A stretch of 63,988 bases of DNA, the filler included, from Diploschistes diacapsis (Eukaryota): NCBI GenBank assembly GCA_023645945.1. It is 4 parts of 4 records of this genome, joined end to end, with 100 filler letters (N's around TTAATTAATTAA, not from the genome) between each part and the next. Parts side by side here need not be neighbours in the genome. Positions count along the whole stretch, not along the records: positions 48,602 to 63,988 come from JALAIB010000553.1; 3 more parts are not named here. One strand, written 5' to 3'. The translations under genes and the position numbers were made by a program. The notes below the pieces were generated by a model. The model had not been told where the DNA came from. It saw only the letters and a list, made by a program, of their open reading frames with translations, and searched no databases. This document shows, piece by piece, positions 51,253-63,988 of this stretch (the stretch's first letter is position 1; each line of letters starts with the position of its first letter).

Positions 51253-51736
51253 CTTGCGAAATGAATGTTGCAAATGCGGGCATCAACGCAGAAATCACAA
51301 AGTCAACAAATAGAAGCGAACAGCGATAGCTCCGTGCACCACGCCAGGGCGGCGCCAAAGTAAGAGCGACTTCAGATGTAATGGCGTCTTAGAGAAGAGA
51401 AGGGTTGTTTGCGCAACGAGACTGGAAAGCGGTTGGAGATGGTGATGGAGGTGGACAAGGTCAGTGGTCAGGTAAAAGACTCTAGTAGAGGTGGTTCTAA
51501 AACGCGTAACAAATGAAATCAATCCACTTGCTAACCGCGTCGTCATGACAACAATCGTAGCTCAGCCCTACCCGTAAGCTGTCGATAAGGCTGATGCAGG
51601 AAGCGTCATCGGCAATTGAAGCTTCGGGGAGTTATTAGCAAGTACACCGTGCGAACGCAGGTTGACCTCTGAAAACAGATTTTTCAGCTATGCAAGCTCA
51701 ATCCGGCAGACCTTGATAATTAACTTAGTGTGCGAT

Positions 51737-52783
51737 ATGTCTTCCGTGCAGCTGAAGGCTTGGGGTATGCTTGCTTGCCCTGAACCAGGCAATTATCGCT
51801 AACATCAGTCAGAGCTCGAGAACGCCGTGCAGCTCATCGATCCCACCCGAGACGCACTGTACAATTTCGACCTTGAAGACCAGAAACGAATACAAGAGGG
51901 CCGACCTTGGAAGAATGATCCCAATTACTTCAAGCATGTGCGGATCTCCGCTGTCGCGCTCCTCAAGATGGTCATGCATGCGCGATCGGGTGGTTCCCTA
52001 GAAATCATGGGGCTTATGCAAGGGAAGATAGCAGGTGACACTTTCATTGTGTCGGATGCGCTTAGGCTACCTGTCGAGGGCACCGAAACTCGAGTCAACG
52101 CCTCTGCAGAAGCCGACGAGTACATCGTTCAATACTTGAACGCTAGTCGTGAGAATGGGCAACTTGATAATGCTGTAGGGTGGTATCACAGCCATCCTGG
52201 ATATGGCTGCTGGCTGTCCGGAATCGATGTCAACACACAGGTAATAAACCAAAAGTACCAGGATCCTTTCCTTGCCATCGTGATAGACCCTGATCGAACG
52301 ATCTCTGCTGGCAAAGTTGAAATCGGCGCCTTCAGAACATACCCAGAGGACTACAAGCCCGAGAATCCACAGACTGACGATGGCTACCAGTCGATACCTC
52401 TGAACAAGACAGAAGACTTTGGAGCACACGCTGATCGATATTATTCACTCGAAATCTCACACTATAAGAGCACCCTCGACTCCAATATATTAGAATTATT
52501 ATGGAATAAGTACTGGGTATCAACGCTAACTCAGAACCCGCTCTTCACAAACCGCGAATACAGCACAAAACAGATGTTAGATTTGAGTCAAAAGATCCGT
52601 ATTGCAGACAAGACCGTCAAGGGAGGCTCAAGAGGGCTCCGGGTCGGAGCGGAGGATACTTCGCTAGAGAAGATTGTGAAGGACAGCAACAAGATCACCG
52701 GAGAGGAAGAGCGGGGTCTTCTTGCTGGCGAGATCAAAGCCAAGCTCTTTAATAGCAGCATGATTGCATCCTCGAGCTCTTAA
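51737..52783 (+). CDS. CSN5: COP9 signalosome subunit 5 (JAMM deneddylase)
   Basis: Intron 51765-51812. Motifs [50 protein letters not shown]. Confidence 0.98.
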
Positions 52784-52850
52784 GTGAAACAGACACGGCT
52801 GATTAGGAAGTGTTGCTGCACATTGGGGGTTTTGGCTTGTTCGCGCTAAG

Positions 52851-54800
<1,950 letters not shown>

Positions 54801-55062
54801 TCAAGCGTCGGGACGCTCAAAAATTTTTGAGCTACTGCACACATCATTATGGATGTAATGAGAACCTTTCGCTTTTGCCTAGTTACAAATTTATCTCGAC
54901 CGTCTGTCTACAATTCAAGGCATTAATACCTCTTGATACACTATCAGTTGCTCATTCTCCCATCTGAGTAAATTGCTTGAGGCGAACTCTCGTCCGATTT
55001 CTTATATTCATTTAGTCCCTGCAGTTTATTCGATATACATTGTTTCCATCTTGCTAAAGAAA

Positions 55063-56480
55063 ATGGCAGCTGCTCCACAACAGATGGACCTTTATGGTTC
55101 GAGCGCCTTACTGCTGTTGACTCATGAACGTTAACTTGCTCCAGATGTCCTCGGTGTGGATCGAAAAGCTAGCAAGTCCGAGATTAAGAAAGCATATCAT
55201 AAGGTATGACTTCGCGACAGCTTCTTGCGCTGTTATCTTATACATAGGCAGCTAGCGCTTGCAAACCATCCGGATAAAGTGACGATCGAGAATCGCGAAG
55301 CTGCGGAGATCCAATTCAAGGTCATTAGCCAAGCATACGACATACTCTATGATGAAGAGAAACGGGATGTATATGACGACCACGGCATGTCTGCTTTCGA
55401 CGGTAGTCGACCCGGTGGTATGGGAGATGTCGATGTAAACGACATCTTATCCGAATTGTTCGGTGATATAGATATGGGCGGTATGGGAGGTATGCCCGGG
55501 ATGGGAGGCGCTAGAAAAAGGAGACCTCGTAAAGGCGCAGACGAAGAGAAGCCATACGATATAACACTCGAAGAGCTATACACGGGGAAGAGTCAGAAGT
55601 TCACGGCTACCAAAAATGTAGTATGCAGTCACTGCAAGGGAAAGGGAGGTAAAGACCATGCAAAACCTAAACATTGCGTGTCTTGTGGAGGTCATGGTGA
55701 GATTTATGCCAAGCTTGTTCTTCGGAATCCGAAGCTCACCAATATCCAGGTTTCAGGCAACATATGCGGAAATACGGTCTCAGCCTAGAGCAAGCAACGT
55801 TCACTTGCGATTCGTGTCAGGGTGGGGGCCAAATTTACAACGACAAAGATAAGTGCAGGAAGTGCAAAGGCAGAAAGATCGTATCAGAGAAAAAAGTACT
55901 AGAACTGTATATTCCAAGAGGATCCCATGACGGCGACAGCATCGTACTTCAGGGAGAAGCAGACCAAGCTCCCGATCAAGTTCCGGGCGACATAATCTTT
56001 ATCCTTCAACAGAAAGAACATAGCATCTTCAAACGCTCTGGAGATAATTTACTGGCGGAAGTAGAAATTACGCTGGTCGAAGCACTTTGCGGACTCTCGC
56101 GTGTTGTTTTGAAGCATCTTGACGGACGTGGTCTCCATATTAACCACCAAAAACCCAGTGGCGGCGTATTACGACCCGGGCAGGTTCTTAGACTGCGTGG
56201 TGAGGGCATGCCGTTTAAGCGGAGCGATGGGAAGGGCGACCTCTACCTGAAAGTCCAAATCCTATTTCCAGAGGATGGTTGGTTACAGAACGAGAAAACC
56301 ACATCGAAGCTCAAAAAGATCCTTCCCAACTCTCCTCCAAAGATCACTGCTGAGACCATTGACGAGATTGAGCATGACCAGCATGCGGACCTTGAAGATT
56401 TCGGCAGTACCGGTGACCCAGATGATTGGGAAGATGAGGATGACGGAAGTGGACACGCGACTCAATGTCCTCAGCAATAA
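55063..56480 (+). CDS. Type I Hsp40/DnaJ co-chaperone (XDJ1/YDJ1-like)
   Basis: Three introns. J domain with HPDK, G/M-rich linker, four CxxCxGxG-like repeats, C-terminal CaaX-like CPQQ. Confidence 0.93.
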
Positions 56481-58242
56481 AGAGCAAGGGTCATGCACTA
56501 AGGGCATGGTATGGGCAGGCGTTCTGGAAGCAGGGACCGTATTACTGGGTTTTTATTATCTACGCGTCTGCAGTGCAAATAGAGACTCGGGACTATTTCG
56601 GAGGTCAATAGTAAATTGGTTAAATAGAAGCCGTCGTTGTGTAGTCTCTAAATCAAATCTGCAGGTATCGTGACTTCTTGCGTTGTATATCATGGGCATA
56701 GTATGCGGGGATGCTGGGATGGTAGCAGCGCCAAGCAGGAACGATGTGAAAGCCCTAAACTCGCTTATCTAGTTTGGCGATTCCGCGCTAGTTGCACTTC
56801 TTCTCGAAATACGGAAGCTCTTGAAGGCACTTAACCAAGTGAACGTTGAAAGCGACTTCTATCGCCGCCAAGGTATGTCGCGATCGCAGACTGCTCCTCT
56901 TCAGTGTCCAACCTACTTTATACTAGAACTGGCATTTCAAAGATGGTTTCATCGAAGCGGCACGTTCCGATTGTGAAAAAACGTACGTCACCCAGCCTAC
57001 TCTTAAGGGAGCAAGCCGATGCATATTACACATAAAAGGGCGAATTGGGAGTACGAATGAAACTAAGAAGAGGAGCTAACTGAAAATTTGACAGACCGGA
57101 AGCGGTTCAACCGTCACCAAAGTGACAGTAAGAAGAGGCGGCATCTTACCTTCATCGAGGGTCACGAGGCTTACAATTCGATATACAGCTTACAAATGTG
57201 TCGACCCTAGCTGGAGGAAGCCTAAGGTGATTCATCAGCTCTCAATACTGTTCCAAAATCACGCTTGCCCATCATGGTTCAAACAGCGCCAGCGAGGCTA
57301 TATTACACTGCTGAAAGGACTGCCGTGGGGCGTCGTGCTGTTGTCAATGCGAATAATGTACCGTCCTTTTTGCTACTTGCATAGGGCATCAATTCCCCAA
57401 TTGGCAACAGCATACTCTGGCATCTTTTCATGCATAAGCTCCAGCATTCAAGCGACACGTCGAATAGCGCCTTTATTACGAGCATTAAGCTAACTGGTGT
57501 CTGCCTCTTAGGGTATCGATAATCGGGTTAGAAGGAGATTCAAAGGCCAAGCTGCTATGCCATCGGTGAGCAGTTCTCCCTCCATGATACGAGATTTACT
57601 TCGCAAATTTCGGAGATATATATATGTGAAAGAGGAGACATTTTCGAACCATAGTCGATATGAGTGGAGCAAAGACAGCAAGCCGATGGGCTATGTGACA
57701 ATAGCTGCTTTGTGCTGATTACTGACCAAACAACTTGCAGATAGGTTATGGTAGTAACAAAAAGACTCGCCACATGATGCCGTCAGGCCATAAAGCCTTC
57801 CTAGTCCAAAATCCCCGTGATTGCGAGCTACTCCTTATGCACAACAAAACCTACGCCGCCGAGTATGTACCAGCAATAGTCACTATAAGTTTTGATTGAC
57901 CGATGATGCTGACACCTTTAGAATCGGACACGCCGTCTCGTCGAGGAAGAGAATAGCTATAATTGCCAAGGCAAAATCACTTGTGAGTGGAGAAAGTTCA
58001 CGCTCGAAGATTGCTGGCTAAGTTTCAAAGGGACTGAAAGTAACCAATGCCAAGGCAAGAGTTGAGACTCAGTCGTAAAGATTGTGTACGGATTCGTGGT
58101 GCGTTCATCCGTGGATAGAAGAGGCGCTATTTTGATACCGAAGTTGCTTTCATGCAAGGATTGAGAATGCAAGAATTTGAATGTTGCAATCGAATTGCAA
58201 TGCACCATGAAGACAGAACGCTTGCATTGGGGTATCATAAGC

Positions 58243-59800
58243 TCATTGGAGGCTCCTCATCCTGGCGCAACCCAAAGCACCTGCTTTTTTCTCGCCATCT
58301 TTCATAATCGGAACCTTCTCTCCGATGCCCAGTTTCTCTATTTCATCAGCTAGTTCTGCAGGATCAGTGTCTTTTTTCGTTTTCGTTGGTCCCTCTTCCC
58401 CTTCCGGTGGCAGCGCCCATTTCGGCAACTTTGTTTCATATGCCCATTTCCCCTCCGCACATTCATATCTCTTAGCGTGCAAGTATATCCCAAGCTCATG
58501 CACGCCAGGATCGCTATACAGTGGCGTCTGACATGTATCGCACACTTTACCCGTCATCTTTTCTGCCTTCTTCTTATTGTACTCCTCTACCATCTCTTCA
58601 TGGTACGCCAGCGCCTCGGCCACCTCCGACTTTCCCATACGCGATAATCGGGTGATAATGTCCTCATCCGCATCAGCCGATGCATCACCCTTGCCTAGAT
58701 CATGTCCAAAAACTCGCTGGTTACAGTAAATCGGATCATTCGCGATCGGATGCCCCAGAAACTGCAGATGTACTCTCAATTGATGCGTCCTTCCCGTGAG
58801 CGGTAGACACCTCACAATTGAGTATCCCTCCTGTCCCTTCCATGCCATTTTCCCGTCCCTTTCCACCTCCCTCCCGCTCCTCTCCTCCTCAACCATCGAG
58901 CCTTTCTGCGGCCGCCCCGGATAATACGCCAGCCTCTTGAAGATTGTCCTCGACTCTTTCCCATCCGCCCTGACCCTATTCAGGCCCAGCTTCGGACTAA
59001 TCTGCAGTATCGGCTGCTCGCACACGACATCCTCCTCCGGAAACTCGCCAATAACACGCGCCACATACTCCTTCTTCACCGTCCGGGTCTTCAACTGCAC
59101 GCCCATGGCCTCGGCCGCCTTGGCATGTTTTCCAATGAACATGATGCCGCTGGTAAGCCGGTCGAGCCGGTTACACGGCATCGGGTTCCACAGGTAGCCC
59201 CTGTCGGCGCGCATAATCTCGACGAGGGAGTTGTAGTTGTAGCGTCCCGCCGGGTGCACGGGGATACCCGCGGGCTTGTTGATGACGATCAGGTCGTTGT
59301 CTTCATGCAGGATGCCGATGGGCTCTGCGGTGCAGGGCGGTTCGTGCCGGTGGAGGGTGTGCGAGATGGTTTGGCCGTTCTGGATGGGCATGCTGGGTGT
59401 CACGATCTGCCCGTTCACGCGGAGGTTGCCGGTTTCGATGGCGTCTTTCTGGTGGAAGGAGGGGTGTTTAGCTGGTGTTCTTGATGTTTCGGGAGGAAGA
59501 GAGTGGAGGGGAGAGTACGTAGTATTCTAGTGGTCTATCTCGGAACTCGGAGCGGAAGATCTCGAGAAGCTCCCTGCCGCGCCAGCGCTCTTTGCAATGT
59601 GTGTTGTAGGTGAAATGGTAGGGGTGCACTTTGCGGAGGCCGTCTTCAAAGTAGTAGGGCCGCGGCCAGGGATCGCAGGGTGTGATGACGACGGGAGGGG
59701 GAGGTATGAGGGCCTGTTGTTCTCGGGCTTCCCAGGCTTCTTGCCGTTCGGATCTCCTCCCGGTCTTTGGAGGTTCCTCTGGAGCTACGGTGAGCGCCAT
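58243..59800 (-). CDS. RluA-family tRNA pseudouridine-32 synthase (PUS9/RIB2-like, no deaminase domain)
   Basis: Intron 59449-59518. Motifs [26 protein letters not shown], catalytic [31 protein letters not shown]. Confidence 0.92.
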
Positions 59801-60109
59801 GGTGGGCGCCTTTGCGGCGGCGCGTCGGGCCCACAGCGCGAGCACTCGGGGAGATTGTGCCAGGGCGGCTCTAGTCGAATGGGTTGAATGTAATTATGCT
59901 GTAATGCATCCACCTACAGAATCCCATTTTAGACATCCATAAAATTTGCGGCCATGTAACCGTGCGTTAAATCCCTGCGCATATCTCTTTTCTACCGACC
60001 TCGGCATCCGGACCTGGTCTGCGGAATTGCATGCCAGGACGGAAAGGTCACCTCTAGACTTCTGGAGGCCGCTTTGATGATCCTTTACACTGCCCTTGAC
60101 GATCTTAAT

Positions 60110-60677
60110 ATGTCTTACGCCGAGCTGAAGAAACGCAAATTGAGTGACTACAAATACTTTCTCGACTACCGATTAAGATGGTTAGGGGGTGATGATGGGA
60201 TAAGAGAATCTTAACTGATGCTGTCCCCAGGCTCGACAACGATATGTACCATCACATGAACAACAATGTATACGGCTTAATGTTTGTTTTCTGAGTTTTG
60301 ATCGAGCATTGAACGGATTCTTAGCTAATTCTAGGTTCGACGCAATCGTGAATCAATATCTGATAGAGCACTGTGGACGGGACCCTCAGTCATCCGAGGA
60401 GATTGGATTCCTCGTGAATTCATTCTGCAACTTCTTTGGCTCGGTGAGATACCCTGGCGTTGTTGACTGTGGTATGCGAGTCAACAAGATCGGCAAGACG
60501 AGCGTCGAATACGAAATCGGGGTGTTCGAGCAGGGCAAGGACGATGTCAGGGCGGTGGGAGGTTTCACTCATGTCTTCTGTGACCGAAGGAAGAATCGCC
60601 CACAACCAGAAGGCATGGCGCCGGAGATCAGGGCTGGTTTAGAGGAGATTCTTGCGCGTGAAGCGCCGAAGCTGTAG
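60110..60677 (+). CDS. Hot-dog-fold acyl-CoA thioesterase (4HBT/YbgC-like)
   Basis: Introns 60181-60230 and ~60282-60334 give RWLDNDMYHHMNNNVY...FDAIVN, VNKIGKTSVEYEIGVF, GGFTHVFC. Confidence 0.88.
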
Positions 60678-61019
60678 TGATAGACCCTGCAGGCTTATGA
60701 ATTAGAGATCCGAGAAGACTGTGCAACCATGGCAAAACATGGTGACACCAGACTCGTACTCGACCTTCCAGCACGCAGCTAAGCATTCTTAAAGTGTACA
60801 TAGGAGTCATAACTCAGTCTTCTGTCAAATTGAATAACGTGCAACAATAAACTCACCCACCTGCGCGGTGAATGTTGCTGACCAAGAAACATACCTTATT
60901 TTATTTATTCTAGCCACCACTCTGCCGCCACGAACCGCCGCCTCGGTCTTCGAGAATCTCGGAATTTCCATCCCTTCTCTTTGTCCGCGCTTAACCGGCG
61001 CAAACCAAGCTCTATTGTC

Positions 61020-63988
61020 ATGGACTTCACGCCTTCTCAATCTCCTCAGGTCGGCGACAACCCTCTAGAAGCTAATACTAAAGCGTCTGGCGCCCCAAAG
61101 TCTGCACAAGCACCAGTTCATAAACGTACATACCAGGCTTGCGTAAGTCCTGCCTGCCCCGCCCTACTAATATCCGTATATCTACTGTCATCCGCACGCC
61201 AGAGGCCTCTGGCTCTTTGGCCCTGAGCAGTAAGGAGTGCCCATGCTGACTATACCGTGATAGCTACAATGTCGCCAGCGCAAAGTCCGCTGCGATTTGG
61301 GCTCAGTGGACGAGCCTGGCGATCCTCCCTGTCAGAGATGCCGACGTGAAAAGAAGCTATGCACCTTTTCCGAGACTCGACGAAAAAGAAAGGCCGACAA
61401 AGATGGAGAGAATGGAGACCTTAGCGATGAGTACTTGGTGCGCAACAAGCGAGCTAGCATTGCAAACGACGGTGTAGCCGACGCATCCGGTCAGTTCCCT
61501 GACTTTTTTGACGGCCAAGATGACTCCATGTTATTGGGCTTGGATGGGTCGAAGAAGGGTGCCGCAAACCGACAAGTGAAAAATGAGAAAGCTGCTGAGT
61601 TATTTGTTGATCCCATTATCGGATCACACGACGCCATGAGCTTGTTGGTAAAGGCTGCAACAAACACAGAGGAGGACGACAAAGCAGCTGTACAGCGCGC
61701 TATTGAGAACACCGAAGTGAACGTTTCAACACCAGAACCGAGACGAACCTCTGCACCTCAACAGCCGGATGTCGCATCTCCCATCATTGATCCTGCAATC
61801 ATGGACCACAACCCGCCAACCGCAACTGCTCGGGCTGATGAAGATTGGGACAATGCGATCAAAGCTTGGTCGGATGCACGCTTCGTGCATGCTGGCATGC
61901 TCACACCGGAGGAGGGCATTGCCTACATTCAGTACTTCTATGACAACCTATCTCCGCTGTCGCCCGTCCTCCCTCCAGACTTTAGCTCGCCCAGGGATCA
62001 TCCTAAGTTGCTGGAAGAGGAGCCCATGCTAACCGTTACCTTGTTGACGATCGCCTCACGGTATATGCAGCTCAAGGGTCCGGGAGGGGTGTCGCGAACC
62101 TTTTGGATGCACGATAAGCTCTGGAAGTCGCTACAGGAAATGATCACCCGGATGTTCTGGGGCCAGGAGCAATTTGGCGGTGGTTTCTGTGGCGCTGGTA
62201 ACATAAAGACGGGAGAGGCAGAAGCGAGGCGCAGAGGCTTGAGGAGCCTGGGTACTATCGAGAGTCTGCTTCTCCTAAGCGACTGGCTACCGCGTGCAAT
62301 GCACTTTCCACCATCTGATGATGGGGACGGACTTCTAGTCCGCTCCGCAGCCTACACTGACCCAGCACGTCAACAACGTAGCTCCCAGCATGCATGGGCA
62401 GAGCCTGCCATACGATCGGACAGAATGTGCTGGAGCCTTGTTGGAATGGCACATACGCTGGCTTTCGAGCTAGGCGTATTTGATTCTTTGGTAGAAGACG
62501 GCCACTGGCGTGTTGGCCCACAGGAGAAGACCTTTTATGCTCCAGAGCGAGCCGATCGCATAGGACGTATGCTATTTGTCTATGTAACACAGGCTTGCGG
62601 AAGGCTAGGGTTCCCAAACATGATGCCTCATGAAGGTAGTGAACAAAACCTGGACTTCCTCAGGATGGACATTCCTGCTGGAACTTATAGTGAGTTACAA
62701 GCAGCCTGATTTTAGGCAGTTTCTAACTGTCTCTATAGCTGGCCCTTACCCAGCAGTGACTACCGCTGATAACATCCAACGAGCCTGGGCGGAGCTCACA
62801 ACTTTGATACGAGAAACTAATACTCTGGTCTTCGAATCGAAGTACAAGGTTCGCTATTGCATACAGTCCGGAAATTACATGGACTTTATTGAAAAATTCG
62901 CCGCCAAGTTGGAGAACTGGAAAGAGAGGTTCGATCAGACCAAGGATAGGAGTTCGTAGGCGAAATTGATTTGCTTAGAGCCTTGCTGACGTGCTTCCAG
63001 TTCCTGCTACCGCTTATTACATGTTGCGGATGGAATATGAATATGCTCGTATGGTAGCTTCATACATGTTTAGCGTCAGCGCTAATTTGAGGCAGGGACG
63101 TTCATTCACTCCCTATCTCTTCAAGCTGTCCTCGATTCTATTAAAGCTAGTGGCGAAGGAGCCGACAACGAAGAACCAAGCGTGGCTCTCACGCCACCTG
63201 GCCTCTTGTCTTCCAAGGTTGTAGATGTCAAGAAGCAAAACGAGAGGAATATTCAAGTACTGGTCGAAGCAACAAAGAACACGCTGACCATAGCTTCGAA
63301 ATCCTTGGGAGCCGATTACAAAGCCTTGAAGCATGTTCCGGTTAGAACGCATTTCAGGATCTTGGCAGCAGCCATGTTCTTAATGAAGGTACGTACCGCA
63401 ATCAGCCTGCCATTCTACAGGTCTCGCTAAAGCAATGCATCAGACTTTTGCCCTCGGCGGCCGAGAATTCGACGTCGCCAAATCACTGAAGCTGCTCGAA
63501 GAGACGGCAAAGGCTCTACGCGAATCCGTCCCAGATGACACGCACCTCTCCCTCCGCGTAGCTGAGCTTCTTCACAGCCTGACAAAAGCGATGCGCAAGA
63601 GATTCGTGCGCCTCGTCGTGCCAGCCAAGAGCCGCTCCTCAGCCCAAGCCCGCCCCTCTACATCACACACCAGCGCTCCCAACAACAATGGGTCTACGAA
63701 CGCCGCGCAAACTTCCCGCAAAGCCGCTCCTGCTTCCATCAGCCACCAGCGAACCAGTTCTTTCGCATCACAGGAGTTCTACAACAACTTCTCTCACAGC
63801 ATCCCCTTAGTCACCCCGAACGACCCGAACATCACCATCATGCCGCCCTCTGAGTACCTCGGTCAGAACGCCGTCTACGACCCCTCCTTCTTCACCAACA
63901 ACGCCGGCCCACATTCCCCGCACTCAGCAACCGGTGGTGTCGCCTACTCGCCCATCCTAGCCACCAATTCCCCCACCCCCACCAGCGC
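61020..63988 (+). CDS. ARO80: Zn(II)2Cys6 transcription factor, ARO80-like; 3' end beyond window
   Basis: After the first intron: [43 protein letters not shown]. Also WGQEQFGGGFCGAG and LGTIESLLLLSDWLPRAMHFPP. Five introns join in frame. Confidence 0.88.

Noticed and set aside
60925..60937. CCG-N7-CCG upstream of the ARO80-like ATG (yeast Aro80 site spacing)
   Set aside because: Only two triplets, probably within the 5' UTR, and expected by chance.
60110..63988. Thioesterase next to an ARO80-like TF as a metabolic gene cluster
   Set aside because: Only two genes, flanked by housekeeping genes. No backbone enzyme or pathway gene is visible before the window ends.

Overview
Eukaryotic DNA from a filamentous ascomycete (Pezizomycotina-type genes, short 43-90 nt introns with CTAAC/CTGAC branch sites). 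It is not one locus. Four separate contigs (1-16121, 16222-32339, 32440-48501, 48602-63988) are joined by artificial 100-bp N44-TTAATTAATTAA-N44 linkers, apparently in descending size order. About 20 spliced genes could be reconstructed by hand. Contig 1: conserved hypothetical, DUF726/MIL1-like, an orphan, RTC4-like. Contig 2: PRI1, HEL1/Ariadne, SAP1/YTA6-type AAA ATPase, MRS3/4, ATG9, COG6. Contig 3: GTPBP1/2-like, C2H2 TF, MFS sugar porter, PKR1. Contig 4: ASE1, CSN5, MSE1, XDJ1-like, RluA-family pseudouridine synthase, thioesterase, ARO80-like. No clear novel multi-gene system, CRISPR array, rRNA or tRNA was found. The most unusual signals are: (i) recurrent GC-rich islands where the + strand switches from C-rich to G-rich regardless of gene orientation, coinciding with most contig ends and with protein low-complexity insertions; (ii) a 26-bp GCGAAGC-hairpin motif shared between two contigs, once bordering an AT-rich relic and once forming a tiny inverted-repeat element; (iii) two GC-AG introns. 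Base composition was judged by eye, not computed.
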